Assembly (NCBI GenBank): GCA_964016885.1 | Contig: OZ024748.1 | Location: 27,032,001-27,096,000 of the forward strand | Direction: 5' to 3' | Source: Eledone cirrhosa | Taxonomy: Eukaryota | DNA length: 64,000 nt | Shown here: piece after piece, positions 61,601-64,000 of the stretch | How positions within the stretch are numbered: the first letter of the stretch is position 1 | How the letters are laid out: every line of letters starts with the position of its first letter | The notes under the pieces: model-generated | Seen by the model: the letters and a program-made list of their open reading frames with translations, nothing else | Told to the model about the DNA's origin: nothing | Databases searched by the model: none | Translations under genes and position numbers: made by a program

Positions 61601-64000
61601 GATGAAGTGTCACTGTGTGCATTGTGTGTGTGTATGAGGCATGGTTGAAGAAGTTCACTCTGTAGTCCAAAGTTCAATCTCACTGTGTGGCAGTACCTTG
61701 GACAAGTTTTGGTTTGAGCTAAGCATTGTACAGGAAAAAAATTGACTTGATGGTAACTGAGAAAGCTCAACAAATGGAGCACTGTGTTTGTCATTTGAAA
61801 ACCTAGATTTATCTCACACACGCACGCAGAGAGAGAGAGAGAGAGGGTGTCATACTAATTCTGTTAAATGTCTGTGGAATACTCAGCCATATATCACTGT
61901 AATATAATGAGTAGGTAGTTTAGTTGATCAAACAACTGAAACACTCATTATTGAAACTGATAGTAGAACCACATTTATTTTTATTTACTCAGTGTGTGTG
62001 TGTCTGTGTGTCCATCTCTTCATATTTGTGTCGATGTGTTGGTATGTATGCATGTGTATTGGCATGTTTGTGTGGGTGTATTTGTGTGTTTGTGTTTGTA
62101 TGTGACACAGCATTTTTATGCATTTGTTTGTATGTGTGCGTGTGTTTGCGTGTGTGTATGTTTGCGTGTGTATGTATGATGTGTATATATATATATGTAG
62201 GCTTCCTAGTAGGTCAGTGTACCTCTCCAGTATATTTTACTTGTTACATCTGTATATCATGACAGGTGTAGCAAGTAAAAGGACTCCATATGAAACACGT
62301 GACGAGCCCTGCACTGCTAACCCTTGTTTTAGCTGGGTAAATGGCACATTGTTGTATAGTGTTGATGATGATGATGATGATGATAATCATAATGATCATG
62401 ATGATCATGTTGGTATTGATGTTGCTGCTGATCATGGTGATGATGATGATTATAATCATTGGTGATGCTGATGTTACTGCTGATGATTAGGATCATGGTG
62501 ATGATGATGATGGTTGTTTTTCTTTCACTATTGTGTACATAATTTACAGTATTGCTATGAGTGAACACATAGTCTTAGGTAAACAGTGCAGGAATACCAC
62601 TACATACCCTTCTACCTCCTATGCCTTTCTCCCTCATACACTCACACATACATATATACACATAGACACGTCATATCTATATACACATACACGTCATATC
62701 TATACAGCATCAATCGCCGTTACATTCCAAACTCTGCTCTGCTGTAAATTCAAGAAAATGAACAATATGAAAATTATTTGAAATTTCGGCCATGTTCTGG
62801 TGCATTATTCTTACCATTCCTCTGTTGCTGTTTAACCCTAGGTCAGCCCCGATCCAGTTGACCTATGATGAAAGACACTCTAGCCGTAACCATCATATCT
62901 ATTTTTTTTTAATACCAGAGACAATTTTATTGTTCAATGTGGCAATCTTTATTTAAGACTGTGATTTGAAGGAGATTTGGCTGCTATTTTTAGCAGGTTC
63001 AGAAAACACATAGAAGCTCCTTCGGCTCATATGAACCTAGGCAGGATTTGACTTCATAATATAAAGGGAAGTAACTAAATACCACAAGTTTTGACTAATG
63101 CCCTACTGATTTTGCCATTCACTTGTCTCTTTCTCTCTCTTTCTATATATATACATACATACATACACTCCTTGTTGTTGCAGTTGTTTAGCCCCAAGTC
63201 AACTTTGCTCAAGCAGACCCTTGGTAATCAGACATTCCAGCTGTGATCATCCCATCATTTTACATATACATGATGTGCGTTTATATTTACACTGCTTAAC
63301 AACCTGTGTTGTTTGTTTATTGTCTTGTAACTGCTTAACAACCTGTGTTGTTTGTTTATTGTCTTGTAACTTTGGTTTCTTTTCCTTAAGACCCTTTCCA
63401 TCACCATGAAACCCATTTTATTCACTTCAAATCTTCCTTCACCCCACCAAATCTTTCACTTTTGCTCCCTTTATACTTCCTTTTATTCATACCAAATATC
63501 AACCCTTCTCTCACTTCACTTCATTCCTCAAACTTCTCTCACATATTCATTTGAGTATTGCCATCCTTTATCTCAAAGCTATTTCACCCTCACCTTAAAA
63601 TTCCTTCTCTTACTACCATTTATTCAAGTCACCCCAAAAATCAACTCTATCCTCCATATCTCACTTGACTACTTTACACATGTCCCTGTGATATATCATC
63701 TCTTTATAGGCCACATCACTGGCCTTTTGGCTAAATCTCTCCTGGTGTTTTTATTAAAAATATGAAATTCTCTCATCCCCGAGCAAATTTTATAACTACA
63801 GTCTTATATTGTTGATTAATTGTAAATATTTTCTGTTACAAATTATGAAAATATAAATTCTATCACAAAATTAAAATTATCAGTAAAGAAATTTTGTTTC
63901 TGTCATTGATTTTTTGTTGTCTTTATTGTTAATGTTATACTATGTGATGCTGTTTTAGAGTAGATAAACTGTATCCCTGCATGTTGTAAGAGATGGCTAT

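Overview
AT-rich, repeat-dense animal genomic DNA; the SINE/RTE repertoire suggests an octopod cephalopod (inference). Two divergently transcribed multi-exon genes were reconstructed by hand with phase-consistent GT-AG junctions. On the minus strand is an M18 aspartyl aminopeptidase (DNPEP): 13 exons from an ATG-only exon at 19469-19471 down to 1633, a candidate 18-nt micro-exon at 35-52, and a 3' end outside the window. On the plus strand is a complete WD40-SAM-U-box gene (WDSUB1): 11 coding exons, 23376-61600, 507 aa. The WDSUB1 intron between the SAM and U-box exons holds an ~18.7 kb 33/36-bp satellite with higher-order structure. Introns also contain a full-length dead DD34D mariner, non-autonomous Helitrons, hAT/piggyBac/pogo-type MITEs, RTE and CR1 LINE fragments and two tRNA-derived SINE families. 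The most notable unannotated signals are hammerhead-ribozyme-like motifs (a back-to-back pair at ~16.4-16.6 kb and one at ~37.1 kb inside a direct-repeat unit), the giant intronic satellite, decoy splice acceptors in DNPEP and a triplicated motif in the shared promoter region.
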